Of a DNA stretch of 64,000 bases, positions 11,980 through 24,359 are shown in pieces. The position numbers and the translations under genes are program-made. Source of the DNA: Gnetum montanum (taxonomy: Eukaryota; Plantae; Gnetophyta); NCBI GenBank assembly GCA_015680685.1, contig MNCI01001933.1, positions 98,817-162,816 of the forward strand, given 5' to 3'. The notes beneath the pieces are model-generated. The model saw only the letters and a list, made by a program, of their open reading frames with translations, was not told the origin of the DNA and made no database searches. Position 1 is the first letter of the stretch. Every line of letters begins with the position of its first letter.

Positions 11980-13011
11980 ATATCTCTTATATGATCTATG
12001 CTTGTATGGGATGCAATTTAATCTATTGTGCGAAAAAATTTTTTAAGCACCAACACTAGATCCCTCTCTTACATATCTTTGGAACTATATTACCCTCACT
12101 TAATGAGACTCTTTTATTACAATCTAAAACCCCTAAGTGATGACAAGCTGTAGTACTTTATGCTAGGGCATAACATCATTGTTACAGTCTAGAATATTTT
12201 AGAGGTTATTGCCATCTTCATTAGGAGATCTATAAATTTTCAAATACTATCCTAGCTTTGGAAATGAGGTGGATAAGCCAAGCTTGATGAGGTTCCTCTA
12301 TAGTCGTGACTTCACATGGTTCAATAACATCAAGAGTAAGGATCTCAAGCCTAAATACAAGTTGGTTGCTAGAATTCTCATGAAACCTTTTTTGCCTAAA
12401 AGTGATCACTAGGATGAAGTTCTTAGATCTATGCTTTTTGTGATTTATTTCATGGCCAATAAAAAGAAATTAGATGGCCTCTAATATATTTTTCATACCA
12501 TGATTGGTCATGCATCATAACATGGTCATCTTATCCTACTTTTTTGGGTTTTGATGTCTACTCTCATCATGAGGGTGAATATCCCTATTCTAGATAATAA
12601 GGTCAAACGGCCTAAGTCTATGCCTTATGATGAAGTAAACATCAAGCATATGAACCTTAAGATTACTGAGGAATATGTTGCATCATCTACCAATGAGAAG
12701 AAAAAGAAGAACAAATCTAAGAATTTTGTACAAAAGAAAGTGGTAAAAGCCATGAATGTCATGAAAAATAAGTCTATCCAAAAAATTTAGCATCCAAAAA
12801 GGATGATTAAATAGCTAAAAGAGAAAGGTTTCATAGATGATTTTGAGTATAGTATTACCATTGAAGTACCACCAAACATTGAGGCATCTGAGAGTAATGA
12901 GAAAGCCAAGACAACTCCTGTTAATTGTGAGAGCTCTAAAGAGGAGGAGAAGGCTAGACCTAAGACTACTATTGAATAGGAGATAAAGAAAGCACTAAGA
13001 AGAATAATTTA
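11980..13011 (+). pseudogene. env-like / putative plant transposon protein remnant
   Basis: YYPHLMRLFYYNL and LKPKYKLVARILMKPFLPKSDH motifs; ORF 12551..12790; K/E-rich tail. Confidence 0.65.
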
Positions 13012-14117
13012 GAGAACAATGATTTTTCATTGTGTTTGATCTTTTGTCTTGTTAACCCTTATTGTGCTTTGTCAGTTTATATCTTTGATATCATATTATT
13101 CAGTTTTATGTCTATCAGTTTTGGTTGAGCTTGAGGAATTTTGGCAAGCAAAAACTATTTGAATTTGTAAAAAATACTTTGTATTAAGACTTATGCTTAA
13201 TATAATATATTTCGTTTTTTGTTTTAGCTGTAAAATGCTCATTTTTTCAACATTTAAGTACTTATCTATGTGCTCATGGAGCTTTAGTACTTATATATAT
13301 CTTATGGAATGGTTTAGAATTATGTTTTTCATGTGTAGGTGTTTGAGCCCTCAATATGGATCTTAGAATAATTTTCTTACACATACATTGTTATTCTATG
13401 TTTGGGATATTTATATGCCTTTATTTCAACTCTTTCATTGAAATGGTATTGCTACTTGTATTAATGCTATATAATTTCACATACATAATTGCTTTGGTAT
13501 ACTATATCTCTTCCTATTTATACATTGTATAAGTTTGGTATTTCATGCATGTTTCTTGATCATTTTGGTATTCACGATTTGGAATATAGATTCAAGTGCT
13601 CCCTTGAGTTTTTAAAGCATCTATTTAATATAGATTCTATATGCCTCAACTTTTATATGATATAGATTCTAACAACTTGGTATCCACTTAATTTTGAACA
13701 TGCCATTACTACAAGAAACATTGTTGACCTCATCTTGAAGTAGTATTTATCTTTCAATTTTGTTTTATTGCCTTGTTAAAGTACTAATCATGTTAAATGA
13801 GAATCCTATTTTACATATACTAATCTTTACTAGCATCTAATTTTTAGCATATATTCTTAACTCATACTCACATCCACTTTAAGGTCACTTTTGTGCCTTG
13901 AAAGCACATAATTTTATTTTTTTATTTTTTGTAGATGTCAAACAAGGGGGAGAATATAAGCAAATATAATTAAAGAAGAAAAGGGTACCATAATCTTAGA
14001 GGAAGCCTAAGAATTCACATGGTTATCTATTTTGTTTTGGGTTCCCTCTAAGTATGCTTGTGATATTTGTCATCTTCCAAAAGAAGGTGCTTTTGTCACG
14101 TCTAAATAAGGGGAGAT

Positions 14118-15334
14118 TGTTAATCGAATTTGAGATTTAGAATAAAAAAATGCATAATGGTTCTCATGAAGGATGATGCCTTGGTCAAGTGATGAATGAC
14201 AAAGTTTGTTTCCAAAATCAATAGTCCTTTGATCTCCCAAATCACTCTTTGGATGATGAAATGGTTTGATAGGTCAACCGACCCCACTTAAGGTTAACCG
14301 ACCTAAGAGCTCACCAATTTCAATTAGGAAAAAATGCTCCCATGTTAGGTTGAACAATCTTACCTAAGGTTGACCTACCTAGGAATTGATGAAGTATGGA
14401 AGAAAGAAAATGCATCATTCTTAAGGTCGACTTGCCTTTCCATAGGTCATCCAACTTGAGACGACCAATCAATGACAATTACCTAGGCTCAGATACCTAA
14501 AACTAATAAGGATGATCACACCAAGAGCTCACATTTTTGCAAGAAGGAGTAGAAGGTCAATTGACCTAGGAATAAGTTAATTGACCTCAATTAAGGTCAA
14601 CTTATTAGGAAAAAATGACAAAAATATAAAAGACAAAAACCCAAAAAGCCCCTTGAACATTATGATATGAGAATAGCATTAAGAAGTAAAGGTTATCATT
14701 TGTCTCCAAAGGTGGAGCATTCATCCAAGGACATTATAGCTCTCATGACTGTTAATGTCCTGGTGAAGATGGATCATTAGATGAAGATTGGTATATGAGC
14801 AACAATAATCAAGATCGAAGTAAGGAACCTAGAAAAAGTTTGAATACATAAAAGAAAGAGCTGAATAAAGAAAACTATCTTTCATTGTATTTATTACATG
14901 ATCTACACTTGTATTGGATGTAATGTTATCTATTGTAAGATCCCAAAAGCATCATTTCATTTTCCTTTATTTTGAGGTTTAGTTTAAGGATATTTGTCTT
15001 AAAAATCCTAGTTATGTGGAAGGAAAATTACAAACCATTGAAACTAATATTGTTCTTCAAGGATTGGAAGATTGGACAAAAACCTAGGTGTAGAAGAGAT
15101 TGGATAACCCTATGGAGTGCACTAGACCAATGCTAAACCATTATAATTTTTTGGTGTGCACTATCCATTTTATTCATGTTTGCATTTTGTTTTTTAACTT
15201 AGTTTAGTTATGCTTTGCTCTTATTTATTTAAATATTTGAAAGTATATTTCAACTATTGAATTTATTTTAGATTGTGCAAATTTAATTAGGACCCCCTAT
15301 TTACACATCCCCCCTTCATAGGAGTGACATTTCA
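14118..15334 (+). repeat. 3' LTR of the Sirevirus-like element
   Basis: TG start directly after the PPT; CA end after a C-rich subterminal motif; partner LTR is not in the window. Confidence 0.68.
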
Positions 15335-16586
15335 TCCACATTTTTAGCCTAAGCATGTAGCATTGATCATTCGAAAGTGGGCATTGTATTTTAATGTCAA
15401 ATCTAAAAAATATTCTAAAGTTTCATGTTTTATTAAGCCATATAGCTTTCGTTGGTTTCTCAGAGAGTTGAGTAGCAAATTGTTAGCCTTCTCAATTCCA
15501 TTAAGCACAAGAAATCTATTGCCATACCATTTGATTCATGTAGGCTTTTGTTATTAAAGTCAATCTTTTTAAGTGTTAAAAAAATTGTAATGTAAGCATG
15601 TTACATTTAGCAAATTAAATATTATAGTTATATTGATTCTTGTAATTTTTGTTATTGTAAAGAACATTTGTTTAATGTTTATCTTTTTTGCTTAAGAAAA
15701 AATGTGAAAAAGAAAAAAACAAAATGAAGGTGAATATATGAAAAATCAAGAAAAAAAACCTGTTAAAGTTAGGCAAAGGGAAAGAAAAGAAAATAATATG
15801 AATGTGAAAATATGAAAAAATCAAGTTAATGTTAATAGGAAAAATGATCAAATGGTAATAAATAAATCAAAGAAGATAGAATCTTTTGTGAATATTTAGA
15901 GTTTTGCTATAAATATTGATTACTTTAGATAGATAACTTAAAAAGCAAAATTGTTATTATCTAATAAGAGTAATGTTAACTTAAAGATTAAAACTAACAA
16001 TGATAGGTAGGTTATAATCCAATGACAAAAATTATTGATGTAAGGTTAACATTAAAAGGTAAATTAATTTTGATGAGTAAGTAACATGATATTTTATTCT
16101 TATAAATGTTAGTATTTTATCAGAGCTTTTTATTGCTACCTCAAATCTTATTGAAATTTAAAGTTTAAATATAGATGTTAAAAGTGATATAAATATTGTT
16201 AGGATTAGGATCATCCTCACTTCTACCAATTAATTTTCCTCTCTTAATTTTTCAAAATATCAATTATAAGGTTTCTTATTATTAATATTAATTTAATTAC
16301 TTTCAAACTAAACCATAAACCTAAACTTTTCATACTAATGTAAGTAGTCCTTATGGATTAGTAGATTAAAAATACATAAGAGACTAAAATAAAGTAGAGA
16401 CAAAAGCACAACAAAAATTATACTTTGCAAAAGACATAAAAAAATATAGCAAAAAATATACTGTAACAAAGTCTGAATATACAAGAAAGTGAAATGTAGT
16501 AACAGTGCAATAGAATGGAAACTAAAAATGTGAAAATACAAAATAAACATAACTGAAACACAAAAAGGTCTTGTAAAAGTTGAAAT

Positions 16587-17120
16587 TGTTAATTTACACC
16601 TTGATTAAGCAGGATAATAAAGTAATAAGAAGTAGTAGAAATAGAAATTCAATTATGGAATTAGAAGAAATGTAGCAAGAATATACGATATTATCCTGGA
16701 AAAAGCTTATAGAAAGCCCAACAATAACTCCAACTTCTAGCAACCCTTAGAAATCCAAGTCTTCTTTTCTTGGAGACTTACAACAAAATTAGATCAAGCT
16801 TTCACAAAAGAAAAAGACTACAACTTGAATTACGACTCACACATCCTTTAATTTGGTGAAGATGTGATGATGCTAAGACCACCCAAGCATCCAATTATAT
16901 AGAACTCATAATGTCATACTTTGGGTAAAATCCAAATTATAGAGTTATAATCCATAATCAATGATGGCCAAATTGGGTGTGGGTGGTTACGTATTCTTTT
17001 GACATATTACATACTTTGGCTTTTGTTATTTATAACCAACATGCCAAGAATAATTTATCAACATGGCAACCATTAAAACATGAAGGTATTTTAAACTTAA
17101 AATTAACAACACACCTTATA
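16587..17120 (-). repeat. copia 3' LTR
   Basis: Direct repeat of 27014-27516. Confidence 0.88.
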
Positions 17121-17209
17121 ATTCTTCTACTTGCTATTTATTTTAAGGCATTACAACTAGGAGCACCCATTACATTTCACAATTTACCAATCTAAGTTCT
17201 TTTCTACAC

Positions 17210-20167
17210 TAATAAAACTTGCCCATAGGAATTGCCTTGGTTAACATATCTACTAGATTTTCCGATGTAGGAATGTTTTATAGAAAAATCCTTCCTTTTT
17301 TTAATTCAATCCCAAATAAAATTATAATTTATCTCAATATGTTTTGTCCTTGCATGAAACCCAGGATTCTTTGATAGGAAGATTGCACTTTGATTATCGT
17401 AAGAGATGTTTTCTTTCTTTTACTCTTGCCCAAAGTCTTTGACCAATCATTGTAGCTAAACCACTTCTTTGCTTTCTTGAGAAGCTACTACATACTCTAC
17501 CTCTATTGTTGACAATGCAACATAACTTTGTTTTTCGTTAATCCAATTGACCACACTTGTGTTTATTAATTAAAAAAAAACATATCCACTTATAGATTTT
17601 TGGTGATCTAGATCACCTTCCCAATCTACATCCACAAAGCCTTGCAATCCAAAGGAACTTTTCTCATAACAAATGGAAAAATTAATAGTAACTTAAAGAT
17701 ACCTAAGAATTCTGGTAATAGCCATCCAATGTTCCTTACTAGGATTAGATGTACCATACTCACAACTTCTACTGCATATGCAATATCAAGCTTGGTGCAA
17801 ACCATTACATACATAAGGCTACCTACAACATTAGCATGGGGGATTTTGCTCATTTTCTCCATTTCTTCATTTTTCCTAGGGCATTGCTTCATTGATAATT
17901 CATGTCCATAGACAATGGAGTATTTATTAGCTTACAATCCTACATATTAAATTTTTCTAAAAATTTATTAATATATGTAGATTGACCAAACTATAACTCT
18001 TGATCTTCTCTATCTCTTTTAATTTCCATGCTCGAGATTTTCCTTGCGGCACCAAGGTCCTTCATCTCAAACTGAGATGATAGCTGGTATTTCAGTTTAG
18101 TGATTTCTTGCATACCACTCCCTTCTATCAACATATCATCAACATACAATAGTAGTATCAAAAAAGTTTGTGAATTTTTCTTTAGATAAATACAAGGGTC
18201 ATTATTAGCCCTTACAAAACTAAACCTTATCATGCAAGAATAAAATTTCTTATACCACATCCTAGGGGATTGTTTCAACTTATACAAGGATTTCAACAAG
18301 TGACATACCATGTTCTCCTTGCCCTTAATTGCATAGCATTTAGGTCATTGCATGTAGATTTCTTCATAAGGTCTCTATGAAGAAATGTAGTCTTAACATC
18401 TATTTGTTCAAGGTTAAGATCTAAAGCAGCAAAAAAAGAACATTAAATATCTTATGGATGTTAACTTTACCACTAGTGCAAAAACTTCTCCATAGTCAAT
18501 ACCCTCCTTTTAAGAGTATCCTTTCCTACTAGTCTTACCTTGTATATTCCTCCTTTTTGACCTTGAAAAGCCATCTATAACCAATGGGTTTTCTTTCAAG
18601 AGGAAGTTCAACAAATTCACATGCCTTATTTTTCATTAGTAATTTCATTTCCTCATCCAGAGCATTTTTCCAAGCTTTGCTAACTTTTGAATTAGAAGCT
18701 TCTTTATAGGTTTGAGGAGCATCACTAATATATAAAATATATGAATATAAATATTTAGGTATTCATCTTACCCAACTTGATCTTCTTCTTAAAGTAGATT
18801 TTCCCTAGCATTAGATTCATCATCAACTTATTTTGTGACTTGAAGTATACCTTTTTCTTGAAGAATTTGGATGGACTTTTCTTCCACATGCCCAAGTCTT
18901 CTATGCCATAGATTCATGGTGAAGTTCTCTTTCCAAGTATGAAGGACTTCAACTTTACTACCCACTTTAACACCATCTAGCTGGTATAGTCTCCCACTTC
19001 CTTCTCTGTATCCTATAGCTATGATGAATTTTCCTTGAAAAATTATACATCTCTTGTTTCCAAATAATACAAACAGGTAAAAATCATCAAAATCAGCCAT
19101 AGAAAATAAGTTTTTTTTTTTTTAGCATAGGGACATGATATATATTGGGAATCATAACTATTCTACCATTACAAAACAACTTTGCTTTGTCATAGCCCTT
19201 AATAGTACATGTTCCATCGTTCTTAAGAAAAATAAGAGTAGACATAGCTTCATGGTATTCAGAAAACCATTCTCTTCTAGGTGTAAAGCTATATGAAGCA
19301 CTTGAGTTAATATACTAGTCATTACAATTAGAGTACCCTCCAGTTGTGATTGCACACAAGTCTAGTATTTTTTCATAAAATCTTTCTTAGAAGAACCAAA
19401 TCTAATATCTTTCTCCTTTTTCTTTAGAAATTTTCAATCCTTTTTAAAGAAACTATGCTTCTTATAGTTCCAAAACTTTGGTGTTGTCTTAGGAGCATCA
19501 TCAACAACTTTCTTGAATTTAGAATTATTCTTGTTGAAGGATTTACTCAATTGTTGTTTTACTATTCCTTTAATTACCGATGCTTTAGTAGGTGCAAACT
19601 TAGAGCACTTTCTTCAAAGTTATTGAATTATAAGTCATCCTACAAGTTCATCAAATTTTCAAGAGGTACTTGTACTAGTAATATTTTGAACAATATTTTT
19701 CCATGAATCAGAAAGTGATTATAACAAGGCAATACATTGATCTTCTTCTTCCATCTTACTGCCAATTAATTGTACTTATCTCACAATAGTATTGAAAGTA
19801 GTAATATGAGATGCAATAGTATTATTTCAAACATCTTTAACCAAAAAAATTGTACTTTAAGATGCCATGTATTTGAGTAGGAACTAGATTTCTATATCTT
19901 ACTCATGATATCCCATAATCCCTTTGTAGTCTTTCCATATTGCAAATTTATAAGCACAATATTAGAAATACCTTTACTTATTGTTCCCAAAGCTAGGCAA
20001 TCTAATTGATTCTAGTCTTTAGCTTTCATGATCTTTGGTTTAATTTTAGTGATGTATACATCTTATTTCTTTTTAACTAGCAGATCTTCTATCCCGAGCT
20101 TTCAAATATTGTAGTTACTAACATTGAACTTTTCTATTTATTCAATGTACTTAGCACCGCTTGCCAT
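17210..20167 (-). pseudogene. pol: copia gag-pol remnant (gag, protease, GAG-pre-integrase, RT, RNase H; integrase core missing)
   Basis: IEKFNVSNY gag start; ILNSSASY protease; LWHRRLGH (18828..19100); KSLYKLKQSPRMWY and LLYVDDML (17991..18311); VGSLMY; RNase H FHARTKHIE. Confidence 0.9.
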
Positions 20168-20220
20168 CTTAATGCACTTAACAAGATAAGATCCTTTAGA
20201 ATTAAATAAACCTCACTTTA

Positions 20221-20813
20221 TGATGGGACGCGATATCGTGTTGGCCCCTACAATATCGCGTACGCGATATCGCAGCCTGTCACCAGTTCTATAAATAAGA
20301 GGTGACTTTCCCTTGTTTCTCCATCTAGATCTAGACCCTTAGCAAAACTCTGGCAGTTTTACCATTCCAAAGATAGAATAATTTCCATGTGCCCGTAGTA
20401 GGAGTCTCAAAGTGAACAGATCTTTATTCGAGCAAATTGTACCTGAGCACACATTTGTGTATGGAAATAAAGACGAACTTTCTAATAAACCTTGTAGTGC
20501 ATGGACTAAGNNNNNNNNNNNNNNNNNNNNNNNNNNNNNNNNNNNNNNNNNNNNNNNNNTTAGTTACTTAGTCTCTTCACCCTTTCCTCTCTTAGTATAG
20601 GTGATAAAAAGATAAAAGTTATAAAAATCATATACCTCAGACTTACTTAACCATACAATCGTGACAATATAAGTAAGTCTGGGAAGACAACGATTGATTA
20701 ACCTTAAGTGTTCCATAAGGCGCATAAGCACTTAGTCCTTGGAGTTCGACCAAATCGCGCGTGTAACGCTTGTATTCATATGGTTGAGTGTAGGGATACC
20801 TCGCCACTCATCA
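20221..20813 (+). repeat. 5' LTR of copy 3
   Basis: TGATGGGACG..CACTCATCA; matches 26197-26999; TATA-like CTATAAATA at ~20289. Confidence 0.92.
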
Positions 20814-20959
20814 TTGGCGCCATTACTGGGGATTTAGTTGTTTGTGCGCTACGTAGAACATAGGAAATAATTTACATCGTTGGGAGCTAAAACGAACCCT
20901 TAGGGTTAAGCAAGAGAAAAAATAACATAATGACAAACAACACACCGAACAAGACTAAA

Positions 20960-23900
20960 ATGTCTTCTTCTCCACACAAAAGCACTTCACCACCTAGGAC
21001 AAACACTAGAGATAGTCAGCAGCACAACATATATAACCAAGAATCGTCAGTTCCTGAACAATTCAATGTGGTATATACTCATCACGATGATTATATACCC
21101 AACTTTACCTTTTTCTTCCATCAACACGAAAAACTGCGTTGGAGAGACTTGGAGGGTAACATAGTGTTCCTTCCAGATAGAGCCGCCCCCAACATGCTCC
21201 TTCGTGTCCTTGCACGAATTGGCATGTCACAATTATATGCTGAGTACATTACATGCAATTACAACATAAGGGACTACCATCCCACAGAAGCGCAACGTCA
21301 ACGGGACTTACGGCAAGAGAGTTACCACACATCATTGAAGGGCAAAGGACCCCATAATGCTTCGCCCGTCATAAGCAAAATTAAGGGTGGTGAACCTATT
21401 TCAATAGGTTCTCCACAAAATGATGTTCCCCCCCTAATGATAGTAAGGAGGTGGTGTATCAGAACCTTCACTCCACGATACACAATCCTGGTTCTGATTT
21501 CCACGAACACCAAGTATTCAATGAGAGAACACAAACACAAGATACGGGCAAGCATTCTGATCGTCATCACGATCGAGGTCGAGATCACCGAAGGGAAGAT
21601 AGAAAACATCTTCATGGTGATGGTTCTCCTTCCTCTTCCCCTTCATCGCAACATTCACCCTCTCCTTCAACGTTGGGACGCAGTCATAAGGAACCTAACC
21701 GTGAGGACAAGGGTAAGCAAAATGAGAAACCTCAACGAGAGAGTCGAGAGCGAGGACGAGGGCATTCTAGGGAACCAAGGCATGGAAGAAGGGAAAGTAG
21801 AGAACCGTGTAGACATCATAGATGCCATGAGAGAAATGACCATGATGAACCCCTACTTGCAACCTAAAGCATGCTAGACATTATGGAGGCTGTTAGGATA
21901 CATACAAGGCACCAAAAAGATAGCTGGATCAAGAGACTAAACATGAATAATATCCCACAATTTGAGGGGGATNNNNNNNNNNNNNNNNNNNNNNNNNNNN
22001 NNNNNNNNNNNNNNNNNNNNNNNNNNNNNNNNNNNGTACTGGTCCTTAGAACCGAAATCCATTCGAAGGTGGACTACGATGCTATAATTGTTTAACAATA
22101 AATATCAAACGTACTCCCAAGTGTCCAACTTGAGAAAGTAGATCTAAGGATGGAAGCAGGGTAATCATGAACCCTTGGATGCTGCCATGGGCTGATATTA
22201 TGCATTACTACATCGTTGCCCGGGCCATGGTTACGCACAACAGGATCAAATATGCCATCTCATAGATGGGCTAAGACATGAAACCAGGAAAACCCTTGGG
22301 ACATATGCCCAAGGGAGATTATCTGAACTTAGGTCCCATGAGGTTCATAGATTGTTGGAGCAAGTAGCTAAGGAAGAAGGAGAGGTACATAAGAGAGAAA
22401 GCATGGAAGAGTATAACCGTGATCCTTCCCTATGAAAGAGGGGAGTAAGATTCTGTGAGGAGGATGATGAGTCACTGCTCGAAGAGTTGGTGAGTAGGAA
22501 AACCTTGCCGCTTCAGAAATTAACAACAGAATTGTCGACTAAGGTAGATCAAATGTGAGACTCCTTAGATAGTAGATTTGAAACTGTTTTAAAAATCGTA
22601 GAGGAGTCTAAGGAGCAAAGTAGTGACCATGATAAGAAAAAGAAAAGGGATTTAGACCATGCATGTAACAAAGGTAAGGGTAAATTAGCTATCACTGAGG
22701 ATGTTGTGGATTCAGATACAGACAATGATGATGGATGTAAAATATGCCAATATGACCATCCTAAGGGATGTTGCCCAATAATCTCACATCTGCAAGAGTC
22801 TAGGGTGTATGCACTCAACCCAAGACTTAACAAACGGCAAGCACCCCGTCGGTTATCTTATCCCCAAGGTAACTGGAGGCAAGTTCACCAACCATTAACA
22901 TATTATCCAAGTGGAACTCTGCCACAACCTATGGAGCAACACCAGTAGTGGCAATACCCATAGTCATGGGAGATGCCACTTCCAAGGCAACAATACCCTT
23001 ACCAACAACCAGATCCATATGGCTACTACGTGCAGCAGCCAATCTCTCTAAGTGACTTTATTGGTCACGTGACCCCACAACGTCACTACCAAGCTTAGGA
23101 GTACTATAAGACTCCTTCTCCTATGAGAGACACACCACATGCATACCATCCTCCGAATCCATCTACCACTCTTACACCGATAGCTCCACTACCACCAACT
23201 CTAGTGATGCAAGGGGAACTCCCCACTCAACCGCAGCAACGTAATGCTACGAGAGCTATAAACCTTCAACCCACTACTGGTTTTGACAACCGTATAAGGA
23301 GAAGACCTTTCTTCAGAACCAACAATCCAAATAAGCTCTCACAACCATAAGCAGTTGAGCCTCAGAATGTTCCTCCATCAAATAAGACTTCGAAGCTCCC
23401 TTCAAACCAATAACAGAGCTCAATGCATATGCTTATGTTAACACATACCATCACTGACTGGATAAAGGTGGGCCACCTTCCCAGGAAATTCTCTGATCTT
23501 GGAAGTCCCCTAATATACGTCGAAGTCACTGGGAATGAACCACATAAAGCTCTTCTTGACTCAGGTTCTAGAGTCAACTTGATATCACAAGAAATGTATA
23601 AAGCCTGGAACCTGCCATAAAGGAGAGCAATATTCACTTAGAGCTGGCTAACCAGTCCATCACTATTCTCTTGGGATTGGTGGAGGACATTGTTACCACT
23701 GTGTGTGGTTGGTCATACCCAGTTGATTTCCTAGTGATATAAGTCAATAATGACAAGGGGGACTTCCCAATAATAATGGGAAGGGCATGGCTAAGTACCG
23801 TGAACACATGCTTAGGAATTTTTTATCTTTCCCTAGAAATATCTAAGGAAAATACTTATGAAAGATCGAGAAGAAGAAGGTTCCATGCATCACATACAGT

Positions 23901-24359
23901 GATACTGAGGGTGATAGCGTACAGGAATGTTCAACATCTCCTGCATGCAACTGGTGTGCCCAGGAAGTTAACATGCAAAAGTGCCTATATGTAGCAACCA
24001 CACAACAAGAGAACACCTAGTGGTTGATAGCTAATCAAGAGAGCAACCCACCAATATGCATAGAACTAGCTGGGGGACCAACTTGCACCCATGAAGAAAG
24101 CATAGATGCACTGGAGCAAGAGTGTCGCCAGCTTCCAACCCTTAATCTGAGACCACCAGTCAAGGGAAGTTGGAAACTCTTAGAAAATCCAAATGAGTAC
24201 TCCAATAGGAGAATACTAGTCTGTGTGCAACCGACCAACCCTTATCATGAACCTAGAACAGTCTATGCACATAGCACATTTGAGAGAGGACGATCTTGCT
24301 CATTATTTCAGATCTCTCCCTTCCAACTCAGTCATGGGGGAGATGGCCACCTATGCTAA
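20960..24359 (+). pseudogene. gag: gag-protease polyprotein, degenerate
   Basis: N-terminal extension, gag core, CKICQYDHPKGCC Zn knuckle, intact catalytic ALLDSGSRVNL (23423..23620), FPIIMGRAWL. Confidence 0.9.

Larger units (their letters stand above)
11978..15334 (+). mobile_element. Sirevirus (SIRE)-like Ty1/copia element, 3' end
   Basis: env-like ORF remnant; repeated PPT-type motifs AAGGGGGAGAA (~13944) and AAGGGGAGAT (14108-14117); LTR TGTTAATCG..CCCCC..TTTCA with palindromic GGTCAACCGACC-type repeats. Confidence 0.72.

Noticed and set aside
16582-16586. TSD for the copia element
   Set aside because: The left flank GAAAT does not match the sequence after the right LTR (TAGCA); the outer boundary is uncertain, so no TSD is claimed.
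21430-21877. Overlapping +1 frame ORF with a hydrophobic stretch, open in four copies (768..1088, 8181..8552, 21430..21877, 60615..60887)
   Set aside because: Stops in the +1 frame require Leu/Ile/Val/Met codons in the main frame, which this hydrophilic R/D/H/S tract lacks. Openness is expected from composition, and the 315-aa ORF is a frameshift chimera.
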